From the IMG/VR virus record IMGVR_UViG_3300018416_001797, positions 1-29,734 of that record: a stretch of DNA of 29,734 nt, one strand, 5' to 3'. A program made the translations under genes and the position numbers. This document shows, one piece after another, positions 8,092 through 15,233 of the stretch. The DNA comes from a virus. Lineage: Duplodnaviria; Caudoviricetes. The notes under the pieces were generated by a model, which did not search any database, was not told the DNA's origin, and saw only the letters and a program-made list of their open reading frames with translations. The first letter of the stretch is position 1. Each line of letters opens with the position of its first letter.

Positions 8092-8678
8092 GAAGTTCTT
8101 CCTATCCTTACATCTTCTATTTTAGCACCATTGCATGATACTTCCTTTAACGCCCAAGCAATACTGCCTTCTCGCCTTGCAAAACTTCTTCCTTGGCCGT
8201 TTTGGTAAACTGTCTGTGTTTTGATAACCCAATCTTTGTCGACGTAGTAATCAACAAGTGGTTGTGTTAGTCCACTTGAACAATCTATTGTTGCTTCGCT
8301 TACTACTCGCAATACTCCTGTAGCGTGTCCTGGAACAATTTTTGCGCCATCCGTAAATTCAAACATTGCATATACATGTCTAAATATAGAAGCCTTTTCT
8401 ATCTTGTTTACATTTATATACAAACGTCTGTTATCAACGTGGCCTACTTCTTTCCATCCTGTTGGATCGTTTTCTAGTTGTCCAAATCTGCTAGTTTCGT
8501 GTGGAGTAATATCTAATATATCTCCGGTGAGTTCTACACCATCTTCCAGTATTAACGGGTTATCTTCTGTGTACTCTTGAGCAAACACTGCTTTAAACAA
8601 AATGCCAAAAAACACAAGTGATGTTATAAAAAATGCTATTATCAGACCTACTAGAAATTTCTTTTGTATCTGAGTCAT
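8088..8678 (-). CDS. Membrane-anchored/exported protein, surface-adhesin E-like domain
   Basis: N-terminal hydrophobic helix (VFA|QE possible cleavage site) and a W...LYI..KI...IDC...GSIA..L...SC pattern with two Cys. Confidence 0.5.
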   Translation of the reverse strand: MTQIQKKFLVGLIIAFFITSLVFFGILFKAVFAQEYTEDNPLILEDGVELTGDILDITPHETSRFGQLENDPTGWKEVGHVDNRRLYINVNKIEKASIFRHVYAMFEFTDGAKIVPGHATGVLRVVSEATIDCSSGLTQPLVDYYVDKDWVIKTQTVYQNGQGRSFARREGSIAWALKEVSCNGAKIEDVRIGRTS

Positions 8679-8703
8679 CGTTTTTTCCTATTTAATATAG
8701 TAT

Positions 8704-9231
8704 TTAACGATTAAGCCCTAGTAATCTAAAAACTTTTTGTACTGCTTTGGCTTGATAATAACAATCTGTTAGTGCATTGTGCGCACCTTCAAAGTTCTTT
8801 GGTCTAGGATCCTCATTGACTAATTTAAACAATGTTCTCGAATCTCTAATTTGCCAGAATTGCCAGGGCACAGGGCGTTCCAACTGGCGTAGCATATTTT
8901 CTAATAGAGCAATGTCGAACACAGGTCCTTGGGCCCATATATTGTCCACGCCTACCATAAAACGTGATATGCTATCGAATACTACATCTAATGGTTGTCT
9001 GTTAGTTGTGCCTAGTGCATCTTCCCTTACTTCTAATGCTTGTCTGCCCCACCATGCTATAGTCTCCTCGTCGACACGCCTACCCATTTTAAGTTGACTA
9101 TCTACATCAAGCCTATGATAGATACTGCCGCCTTCAGCATTAGACTTAGGATCAAACTTTAATGCACCTATTGTGAGTATAACAGAGTCGGGCGGTGTCG
9201 CCAGAGTCTCTATGTCGATCATTACATCCAT
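8704..9231 (-). CDS. DEDDh 3'-5' exonuclease (RNase T/Rv2179c-like)
   Basis: MIDIETL, WAQGPVFD, RDSRT and HNALTD motifs. Confidence 0.9.
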   Translation of the reverse strand: MDVMIDIETLATPPDSVILTIGALKFDPKSNAEGGSIYHRLDVDSQLKMGRRVDEETIAWWGRQALEVREDALGTTNRQPLDVVFDSISRFMVGVDNIWAQGPVFDIALLENMLRQLERPVPWQFWQIRDSRTLFKLVNEDPRPKNFEGAHNALTDCYYQAKAVQKVFRLLGLNR

Positions 9232-9234
9232 GTG

Positions 9235-9543
9235 TTATTCTGCTTCGAGTTTTACTTGTAGTGGGAAATTATGATTACGTGCAAGTAATGTTACTTCCAC
9301 GCCTTTTTGTTCTGCTATTTCATAGGGATAAGTGGCAACGACTGCACTTCCTAATTCATGTATTTTGTGCGTTAGTTCTGTTGCGGCAACGTGATCATAG
9401 TGAAAAACGGCGATCAGACTAGATATGACAAACTCCACAGTTGTAGTTTCATCGTTAAGGTAAATTACATTATACATAGAAGGCTCTTTGATCTTCTGAT
9501 CGACCTTTGGTTTAGTTTGTGTAACTTCTTTTGTGTCTGCCAT
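9235..9543 (-). CDS. clpS: ATP-dependent Clp protease adaptor ClpS
   Basis: PSMY-x-V-x-x-LND-x-x-T-x-x-EFV, IH-x-x-G-x-A-VV, EIAE-x-K, AR-x-x-x-FPL. Confidence 0.93.
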   Translation of the reverse strand: MADTKEVTQTKPKVDQKIKEPSMYNVIYLNDETTTVEFVISSLIAVFHYDHVAATELTHKIHELGSAVVATYPYEIAEQKGVEVTLLARNHNFPLQVKLEAE

Positions 9544-9561
9544 GTTTTCTTTCTATAAGTT

Positions 9562-9580
9562 GGGGGACACAAAGTCCCCC
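9562..9580. terminator. GC-rich hairpin between hsp20 and clpS (terminator or mRNA stabiliser)
   Basis: GGGGGAC-ACAAA-GTCCCCC. The U-tract is weak on the minus (sense) strand. Confidence 0.55.
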
Positions 9581-9590
9581 TTGTTTGTGT

Positions 9591-10022
9591 TTACTTAAAT
9601 GTGATAGCAAGTTTTTGTGGTTTCATTTCCTCTGGTACTTCACGTTCTAGTGAAATACGCATTACGCCTTGCTCTACAGTTACATTTTTAACTTCAACAT
9701 GTTCTGCTAAGTTAAATGTTCTTGTAAAGTTTCGGCTGGAAAGACCACGATAAACATAATCTTGCTCCACTTTGTCTTCTTTTACCCCTTCAATGTGAAG
9801 TTTGCCCTCATGTACTGTGACATTAAGGTCATTCTCTCCAAATCCAGCCACAGCAACTTCGATAGTGTATGCTTCGTCACTATGCTTTACTACGTTGTAT
9901 GGTGGGTAGCCTTGTTGTCCGACTTCCATTGAACGGTTAAGTTCATCAAAAAGTCTATCAAAGCCAATTCCGAATCTGGAAATTGTAGGTAAATCGTATG
10001 TGGTAAGTTTATAGTTTGTCAT
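9591..10022 (-). CDS. Small heat shock protein (Hsp20, IbpA-like)
   Basis: GFDRLFD, YPPYNV, IEVAVAGF, YRGLS-x-R-x-F-x-R-x-F-x-LAEHVEV, PEEMKP. Confidence 0.95.
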   Translation of the reverse strand: MTNYKLTTYDLPTISRFGIGFDRLFDELNRSMEVGQQGYPPYNVVKHSDEAYTIEVAVAGFGENDLNVTVHEGKLHIEGVKEDKVEQDYVYRGLSSRNFTRTFNLAEHVEVKNVTVEQGVMRISLEREVPEEMKPQKLAITFK

Positions 10023-10030
10023 GTCTTTAT

Positions 10031-10078
10031 CTCCTTTTTAGCAAGTTAATGACTGTAAGACCCATTAGGCATCTTACA
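10031..10078 (-). ncRNA. ROSE-like RNA thermometer in the hsp20 leader
   Basis: CUUGCU-AAAA-AGGAG can pair the SD with a bulged G (the ROSE U(U/C)GCU motif). It is preceded by hairpin UGUAAGA-N11-UCUUACA. Confidence 0.65.
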
Positions 10079-10082
10079 CTAT

Positions 10083-10113
10083 TATTTATACAGGAACTCT
10101 GTACAAAAGTCAA
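10083..10113 (-). promoter_or_regulatory. Overlapping sigma70-type and T4-late-type promoter for hsp20
   Basis: TTGACT-17 nt-TATAAA, where the -10 box is part of an exact TATAAATA (10090-10083). Confidence 0.65.
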
Positions 10114-10373
10114 AATTTCTTTTCTGGTAATCTGTCCGAAGCAAGTTTTTTAAGCCATCGCTTTCTGGCTTGAGCTTTCTTTTGCTTACGTGCTGTTGTT
10201 GGTTTGATATACTCTTGCTTCTTTTGTAGTTGCATGAGTTTACCATTATCCTGTATCTTCTTTTTAAGTTTACGAAGTGCCTTATCTACATTACCGTCTG
10301 TAACATATACTACAGTACCTGTAGGACTGCCTTGTGAGCCGCTTAGGTCAATATTACGATTTCTGTATCTCAT
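10110..10373 (-). CDS. rpsU: Ribosomal protein bS21 (phage-encoded)
   Basis: V-x-V-x-x-GNVDKALRKLKKK...Y-x-KPT-x-x-RK..K..A-x-KR, with an N-terminal extension. Confidence 0.88.
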   Translation of the reverse strand: MRYRNRNIDLSGSQGSPTGTVVYVTDGNVDKALRKLKKKIQDNGKLMQLQKKQEYIKPTTARKQKKAQARKRWLKKLASDRLPEKKF

Positions 10374-11589
10374 ATTTTATTGTTGCCCTTTTATTTTCCT
10401 TAATAACTTTTTCTGTAATAGTAATACTCTTTGCCTGTTTTGCTTTCAACTCTGTTATTTCAAACATATACGGCTGTAATACTTTTTCCATCACAGCCTT
10501 TAATCCTCGAGCACCTACTTTAAGTTTAACTGCTTCTTCTGCAATAGCCCTTAGTGCGCCACTGTCAAAGTTTAACTTAATGTTGTCTACTGTAAAGTAG
10601 AACTTCATTTGTGCCAACAAGTTGTTTTTAGGTTCCTTAATTATAGCGACATAATCATCTAATGTCAAGTCATTTGTATGCACAATGACAGGAAATCTGC
10701 CCGTAAACTCTGGAATCATACCAAACTTAACAAAGTCCTCGTGTATTATTTTACTTCTATCAGTTTCACCATTTTTAAGTTTACTACCAAAACCAATTGC
10801 ATTAGCATTTATTCTCTTTTGAATTATCTTATTTAAATCTACAAACGCACCGCCTGCTATGAACAATATGTTGCCTGTGTCAATCTCAACACTGTCGCTA
10901 ACGACCATCTTCTTGCTGGCTTTGACTGCTATCTTACACTTAGTGCCTTCTACTAGTTTGAGTAGAGCTTGTTGTACACCTTCGCCACTTACATCTTTGC
11001 TAGTAGTACTAGACTCGCCTTTACGTGCAATTTTGTCTATCTCGTCAATAAACACTATACCTTGTTCGCACTTCTCAACATCAAAATTTGCTTCTGCCAG
11101 TAAACGTTCTATAACAGACTCAACATCTTCTCCTACATAACCTGCTTCTGTTAGGCTTGTAGCATCTGTAATAACAAAAGGTACGTTGAGGTAATCTGCT
11201 ATTGTTTTTGCTAGTAGTGTTTTACCAGATCCAGTAGGACCAAATAACAATAAGTTACTCTTGTCTAGTTTAATGTTTGTGTTGTTGAATACTCGCTTGT
11301 AGTGATTAACTACTGCAACTGCAATAGCAGTCTTGGCTTCGTCTTGCCCTATGATGTGTTCATCTAAATGTTCTTTAATAGCAACTGGGTCTAGTGCTTC
11401 TTTAATTTTAGGGCTAGTCGATGTTTTGCCCGACTTCTCTTTTTCTTTTGCTAGAATGTTAGTACACAACTCTGTACATTCGTCGCATATTCCAACATCA
11501 TTACTAACAATTAATGTCTCTACTTCTGCCTTACCTTTACCGCAGAAGTTACAAACTACTTCTGGCTTGTCCTTAGTATTCATTGACAT
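10354..11589 (-). CDS. clpX: ATP-dependent Clp protease ATP-binding subunit ClpX
   Basis: C4 zinc finger (CNFC...CDEC), Walker A GPTGSGKT, GYVG pore loop, Walker B FIDEIDK, DVSGEGVQQALLK, IGF loop and GARGL. Confidence 0.95.
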   Translation of the reverse strand: MSMNTKDKPEVVCNFCGKGKAEVETLIVSNDVGICDECTELCTNILAKEKEKSGKTSTSPKIKEALDPVAIKEHLDEHIIGQDEAKTAIAVAVVNHYKRVFNNTNIKLDKSNLLLFGPTGSGKTLLAKTIADYLNVPFVITDATSLTEAGYVGEDVESVIERLLAEANFDVEKCEQGIVFIDEIDKIARKGESSTTSKDVSGEGVQQALLKLVEGTKCKIAVKASKKMVVSDSVEIDTGNILFIAGGAFVDLNKIIQKRINANAIGFGSKLKNGETDRSKIIHEDFVKFGMIPEFTGRFPVIVHTNDLTLDDYVAIIKEPKNNLLAQMKFYFTVDNIKLNFDSGALRAIAEEAVKLKVGARGLKAVMEKVLQPYMFEITELKAKQAKSITITEKVIKENKRATIKYEIQKS

Positions 11590-11912
11590 CTTTCTAAAAT
11601 AAGTTCTGATACAGTTTTGTCGCCTGACCTAACTGCATTCTTGTGTTCTAGTAATTCTTGTTTTAAATCTATATGATCTGTTAATTGTGTACTATTAATT
11701 ACTATGTAGTCAACAGTCTCTGCTACTTTACTTAACCATTTTATGTCATTACTATAACTTCCGTAAATATAGAAGTCAATATTCATATCAAAGTTGGTAA
11801 ATGTGTCTTTAACTTCTACTAGCTCGTCCATGCTTATATCAAACAGTAGAAACTTTTTGCTGTCTCTGTTTAGACTGTCTGGTGCTGATATAATGTTGAT
11901 CTCACTTACCAA
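11580..11912 (-). CDS. Hypothetical protein
   Basis: 110-aa ORF overlapping both neighbours. Confidence 0.6.
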   Translation of the reverse strand: MVSEINIISAPDSLNRDSKKFLLFDISMDELVEVKDTFTNFDMNIDFYIYGSYSNDIKWLSKVAETVDYIVINSTQLTDHIDLKQELLEHKNAVRSGDKTVSELILERCQ

Positions 11913-12453
11913 GTACTGTTTCCTTTTTCAAAAAACGCTTTAGTTCTTCTTGTTCTGTTATTGTAAGTTCTTCGAGAGCATAATCGCCTCTGTTGATCCG
12001 ATCAATTAAATGTTTTAAATAATCTTCATCGTAAGTATAAGTGTCTGTTTTGTCTTTGTCAAGTTCAAACCATTTACTACCGTCGTATTTGAACAACTTA
12101 GTTGGCTTACTATCAACACGAAGGAACATGTCGCCTTTATTAGGATTATCTGGGAATTTTATACCAAAACCTGTCTTACTTTGATTATGGCTTGCATTGT
12201 CAGCCTGTAGAGCAAATTCTTCTTCTTTTACTAATCTAAAGTATTCTGCTTTAGTGACTTCTTTCTCAATAACCTTCTCTACTTCTACAGGCACTTCAAC
12301 TATCTTCTCTACTTCTACGGGTACTTCGACTATCTTTTCAACAACGACTTCCTTAGGCTTACGTTCTAATTCGTCTAAAGCCTTATCCAGTCGCTGTAGA
12401 GCTATTTGATACTTGCGCCAAATGCTCTCTACGGTTTCCTGATGCTTATGCAT
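11902..12453 (-). CDS. Hypothetical protein with VEKIVEVP repeats and a C-terminal FG..FP..P.KGD.FLRVD domain
   Basis: ORF translation; coupled to its neighbours. Confidence 0.65.
   Translation of the reverse strand: MHKHQETVESIWRKYQIALQRLDKALDELERKPKEVVVEKIVEVPVEVEKIVEVPVEVEKVIEKEVTKAEYFRLVKEEEFALQADNASHNQSKTGFGIKFPDNPNKGDMFLRVDSKPTKLFKYDGSKWFELDKDKTDTYTYDEDYLKHLIDRINRGDYALEELTITEQEELKRFLKKETVLGK
12274..12333. repeat. 30-bp tandem coding repeat (2 copies, IVEVPVEVEK)
   Basis: 12274-12303 and 12304-12333 match at 27/30 positions. Confidence 0.9.
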
Positions 12454-12631
12454 CTGTTCCTAAACGTGAATTAATTTTTGCTTCAAGTTCTGCAATATCG
12501 CTGGGCATTGTAAAGTCAATGTCTAAGTCGCTTTTGAGTGCATCATTTTCGTCTATTGCTGTACTCAAACGCTCTAAACTTGTGCGGTACTTGTCCCATA
12601 TTGCATTAATTTCGTCTTGTGGTTTAGCCAT
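12446..12631 (-). CDS. Small helical hypothetical protein
   Basis: AGGAG SD. The N-terminus resembles that of 11902..12453 and the C-terminus resembles that of 12635..13954. Confidence 0.65.
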   Translation of the reverse strand: MAKPQDEINAIWDKYRTSLERLSTAIDENDALKSDLDIDFTMPSDIAELEAKINSRLGTDA

Positions 12632-12634
12632 GTG

Positions 12635-13954
12635 TTATGCTCCTTTAATTTTCTTTTCTACTGAGTTTTCTAATTCTGCAACATCTGCAGGTATCGAAGT
12701 GTCTACGTTGGCTTCAACGTAAACTTCTTTAACATGTACTTCAGGTTCTATGTTCTTTTTTTTGGGCGAGTCGTTCTCTAAATTCTCTCGCTCCTCTTTG
12801 GTCCATTGGAATTGTTTAGTAGCGGCAAGGATGAGTGTAAGTGCTAGTGGATCAAACACTACAACTAGTAATATAATAACCCAACGTACTGCACGTTCTA
12901 ACATGTTAACGTCAGGATTGTCACCGTAAATTAGTGCGGCTACGTACTTGATTGGACCTACTTCTGCTTCTAGTTTGCGGTATTCTTTTTCGTATACTGC
13001 AATCTCTTCATTAATTTTATCTATTTCTAATTGCTCTAAGTCAACTAGGTTTTCAAGTTCCTCTATTCTATTGTCTATATCATCTGTTTTAGTATTAGCG
13101 GCATTACGCAACTCCTGTATTCTAGAATTAATAGACTCTAGACTACTTGCATACTTGGCGTCAATGCCTGCAAGACGCTCATTAAGAGTTGCGTTGATGT
13201 TTTTGATTTCACGTTGTGCGGCACTGGCAACTGAAAGCTCATTGTTCTTGGCTGTTTGTACTGCTTCCAATTCAATCTTATTAATTTCAGCAATGGCTTC
13301 GTCCATTTTTCCTTTACTGAATGAGTTCTTAAACCTTTCTTGAACTTGTGCTACATCTTGTTCTTTACGCTTTTGTGCCGCCGCTATGTCTTTGTCTTTA
13401 CGGTCTGCGGCTTGTTGCAAACGTTCTTGCTGTAGTGTTATTTGTTTTTCAGCATCAGCACGAGCATTTGCTTTTTCTTGATTAATCTGTTCCCGCACTT
13501 CTTTAAGTGCGTCTTGGTCCCGGTCTACCAGATTATCTACACGCTGATCTTCACCTTTGCTAAGTCTACCAAGCTCTGCATTCCACCTAGCAATTTTTGC
13601 TTCGCTTCTGGTATTTTTACTTGCTAACTGGCTTACTTCTGCACGTTGCTCATCGCTTAATGCAGTCTGCTCAATATGTGCTTTTGATAAAAAACCAAAA
13701 ATACCCATACTAGTAACAAACATAAGAATAGCAACTGCTGGTATTAGGTAAACTTTAAATGCTAGTGGCATTCGTTGCCAGTTGTGATGTAGCCAAACAG
13801 TAGTTGCAATTTTGCCTATTTCTAATGCTCCGCCCATAACAATAACAGGCATTGCGGCGGCTGCAAAAATCGCAATAAGTCCAATAATGCTATAAAAAGC
13901 GGCTATAGCACTAATGGACAGTGCAACAAGTAATATAAAATATCCAAAAATCAT
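12635..13954 (-). CDS. Membrane protein with long coiled coil
   Basis: Three N-terminal TM segments (GIFGFLSKAH), a ~240-aa coiled coil, EVGPIKY, and a further TM segment (VFDPLA). TAAATA at 13966-13961. Confidence 0.75.
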   Translation of the reverse strand: MIFGYFILLVALSISAIAAFYSIIGLIAIFAAAAMPVIVMGGALEIGKIATTVWLHHNWQRMPLAFKVYLIPAVAILMFVTSMGIFGFLSKAHIEQTALSDEQRAEVSQLASKNTRSEAKIARWNAELGRLSKGEDQRVDNLVDRDQDALKEVREQINQEKANARADAEKQITLQQERLQQAADRKDKDIAAAQKRKEQDVAQVQERFKNSFSKGKMDEAIAEINKIELEAVQTAKNNELSVASAAQREIKNINATLNERLAGIDAKYASSLESINSRIQELRNAANTKTDDIDNRIEELENLVDLEQLEIDKINEEIAVYEKEYRKLEAEVGPIKYVAALIYGDNPDVNMLERAVRWVIILLVVVFDPLALTLILAATKQFQWTKEERENLENDSPKKKNIEPEVHVKEVYVEANVDTSIPADVAELENSVEKKIKGA

Positions 13955-13966
13955 AATATGTATTTA

Positions 13967-14173
13967 TTAGTGCTCTTCCCTGCTTCTCGGCAAGTACATA
14001 TAAAGGTTTCTTTGTTCTTCGGTAATATTATCCCCATACCAAAACTTCTTATGAGTGTCATACGTTTCTGCCGCTATGTTAGCCAGCATGTTTTCTAATC
14101 CCGGCAAGAGATCTTCATCTAAATCTAAGATTTCTTCGTTATCCCAGTCTTCATCTAATTTTTTATCTGTCAT
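13967..14173 (-). CDS. Small acidic hypothetical protein
   Basis: AGGAGG SD and ATGA overlap with the upstream micro-ORF. Confidence 0.6.
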   Translation of the reverse strand: MTDKKLDEDWDNEEILDLDEDLLPGLENMLANIAAETYDTHKKFWYGDNITEEQRNLYMYLPRSREEH

Positions 14174-14316
14174 TCGACCTCCTGGTTCTTATGTTTGGAC
14201 TTACGAGTGTACTTGGTACGATCTCGCTCTACTTTAGCCTTATATGGGCCTTGACGATTTAGCAATTCTTTTGCATATGGATTACGTTTTTTTAGTCTAT
14301 TAATTACTGAAGTCAT
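14170..14316 (-). CDS. 48-aa basic protein, ArfA (alternative ribosome rescue factor)-like; not in the ORF track
   Basis: Hand translation MTSVINRLKKRNPYAKELLNRQGPYKAKVERDRTKYTRKSKHKNQEVE. GAGAGGG SD, and the stop overlaps the next ATG. Confidence 0.6.
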   Translation of the reverse strand: MTSVINRLKKRNPYAKELLNRQGPYKAKVERDRTKYTRKSKHKNQEVE

Positions 14317-14359
14317 TTTTCCCTCTCAAACTTTTTATATGTAAATAGTATATAGTCAT

Positions 14360-14620
14360 TTGGAAAACTTGTCAATGCTTAAAACTATGATAGCTGGTAA
14401 ACTTACGGAACATAAGATTCAACCCAATCAAGGTGGGTACCAATTCTGTCATATTGTTACTGGTGAACAAAAAGCATACAAGTGTTTTACCTGGTTTGCT
14501 GACAATGCCACTGGTCGTTGGGCTTGGCAACATACTCCCTGGCGATCTGAGAATAAACAAGAATACCTTATATTCTTAGATGATGAAAAAGACATTCTAA
14601 CGTTCACCTTAATGAATTAG
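14360..14620 (+). CDS. Hypothetical protein (true start may be a downstream ATG)
   Basis: Fills an otherwise empty gap; plus-strand TAAATA at 14342-14347. Confidence 0.55.
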   Translation: MENLSMLKTMIAGKLTEHKIQPNQGGYQFCHIVTGEQKAYKCFTWFADNATGRWAWQHTPWRSENKQEYLIFLDDEKDILTFTLMN

Positions 14621-15175
14621 TTACTTTTCCCACCGATAAAAAATGTGATCTTCGATCTCTACTGTCTTAGTTTTAGTATTTGCCCAACTTGGACTAACAT
14701 AATCTGCGTGGTAATGTGTAGCACCTTCTGTTATGTCAAATATCTTAACACTACCCATTAATATTTCATTTACCATATACCTAATAGCATCGTATGCCGC
14801 TTGGTCAGTTACTTCATCGGACTTACCGTCGCAATACCAACTAAAATGACACTGGTGTCTAATAGGCACTAATTTTGTTAAATCTTTCCAACTGCGGCGA
14901 TGTGGGCCTTGCATTACTACTTCACATATGGTATTTGGAAACCTGCTATCATCGACACGATTAAGTGTTACATACATTACAGCCATCTGACCAACTATAG
15001 GTTGATTTCGAGCTTCGTGGTAAATGTTGTCATACAAACATGTTAGTTGCTTTTTATTGAAGTACCTGTAAATTTCGTTGTTGGCTTGAACAGGAGTAAT
15101 TATATTCTGAAGTTGTATTACTAATATACTGCATAAAACAGCAATACCTACTAAAAGCATAGCGTAAACTCGCAT
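14621..15175 (-). CDS. Cell wall hydrolase, SleB/Hydrolase_2 family
   Basis: CL..NIYHEAR, GQ.AV..V.LNRV...FPNTIC.VV.Q, FSWYCDG, GATHYHADYV.P.W, HIFY. N-terminal signal anchor. Confidence 0.92.
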   Translation of the reverse strand: MRVYAMLLVGIAVLCSILVIQLQNIITPVQANNEIYRYFNKKQLTCLYDNIYHEARNQPIVGQMAVMYVTLNRVDDSRFPNTICEVVMQGPHRRSWKDLTKLVPIRHQCHFSWYCDGKSDEVTDQAAYDAIRYMVNEILMGSVKIFDITEGATHYHADYVSPSWANTKTKTVEIEDHIFYRWEK

Positions 15176-15204
15176 TTTTGCTCCCTTTAATAGTTTAATA
15201 CAGT

Positions 15205-15233
15205 ATTATATAGCCTGTCGGCTATTATGTCAA
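15205..15233 (-). promoter_or_regulatory. Perfect-consensus sigma70 promoter with palindromic spacer
   Basis: TTGACA (15233-15228), 17 nt, TATAAT (15210-15205). Inverted repeat ATAGCC-N4-GGCTAT at 15210-15225. Confidence 0.85.
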
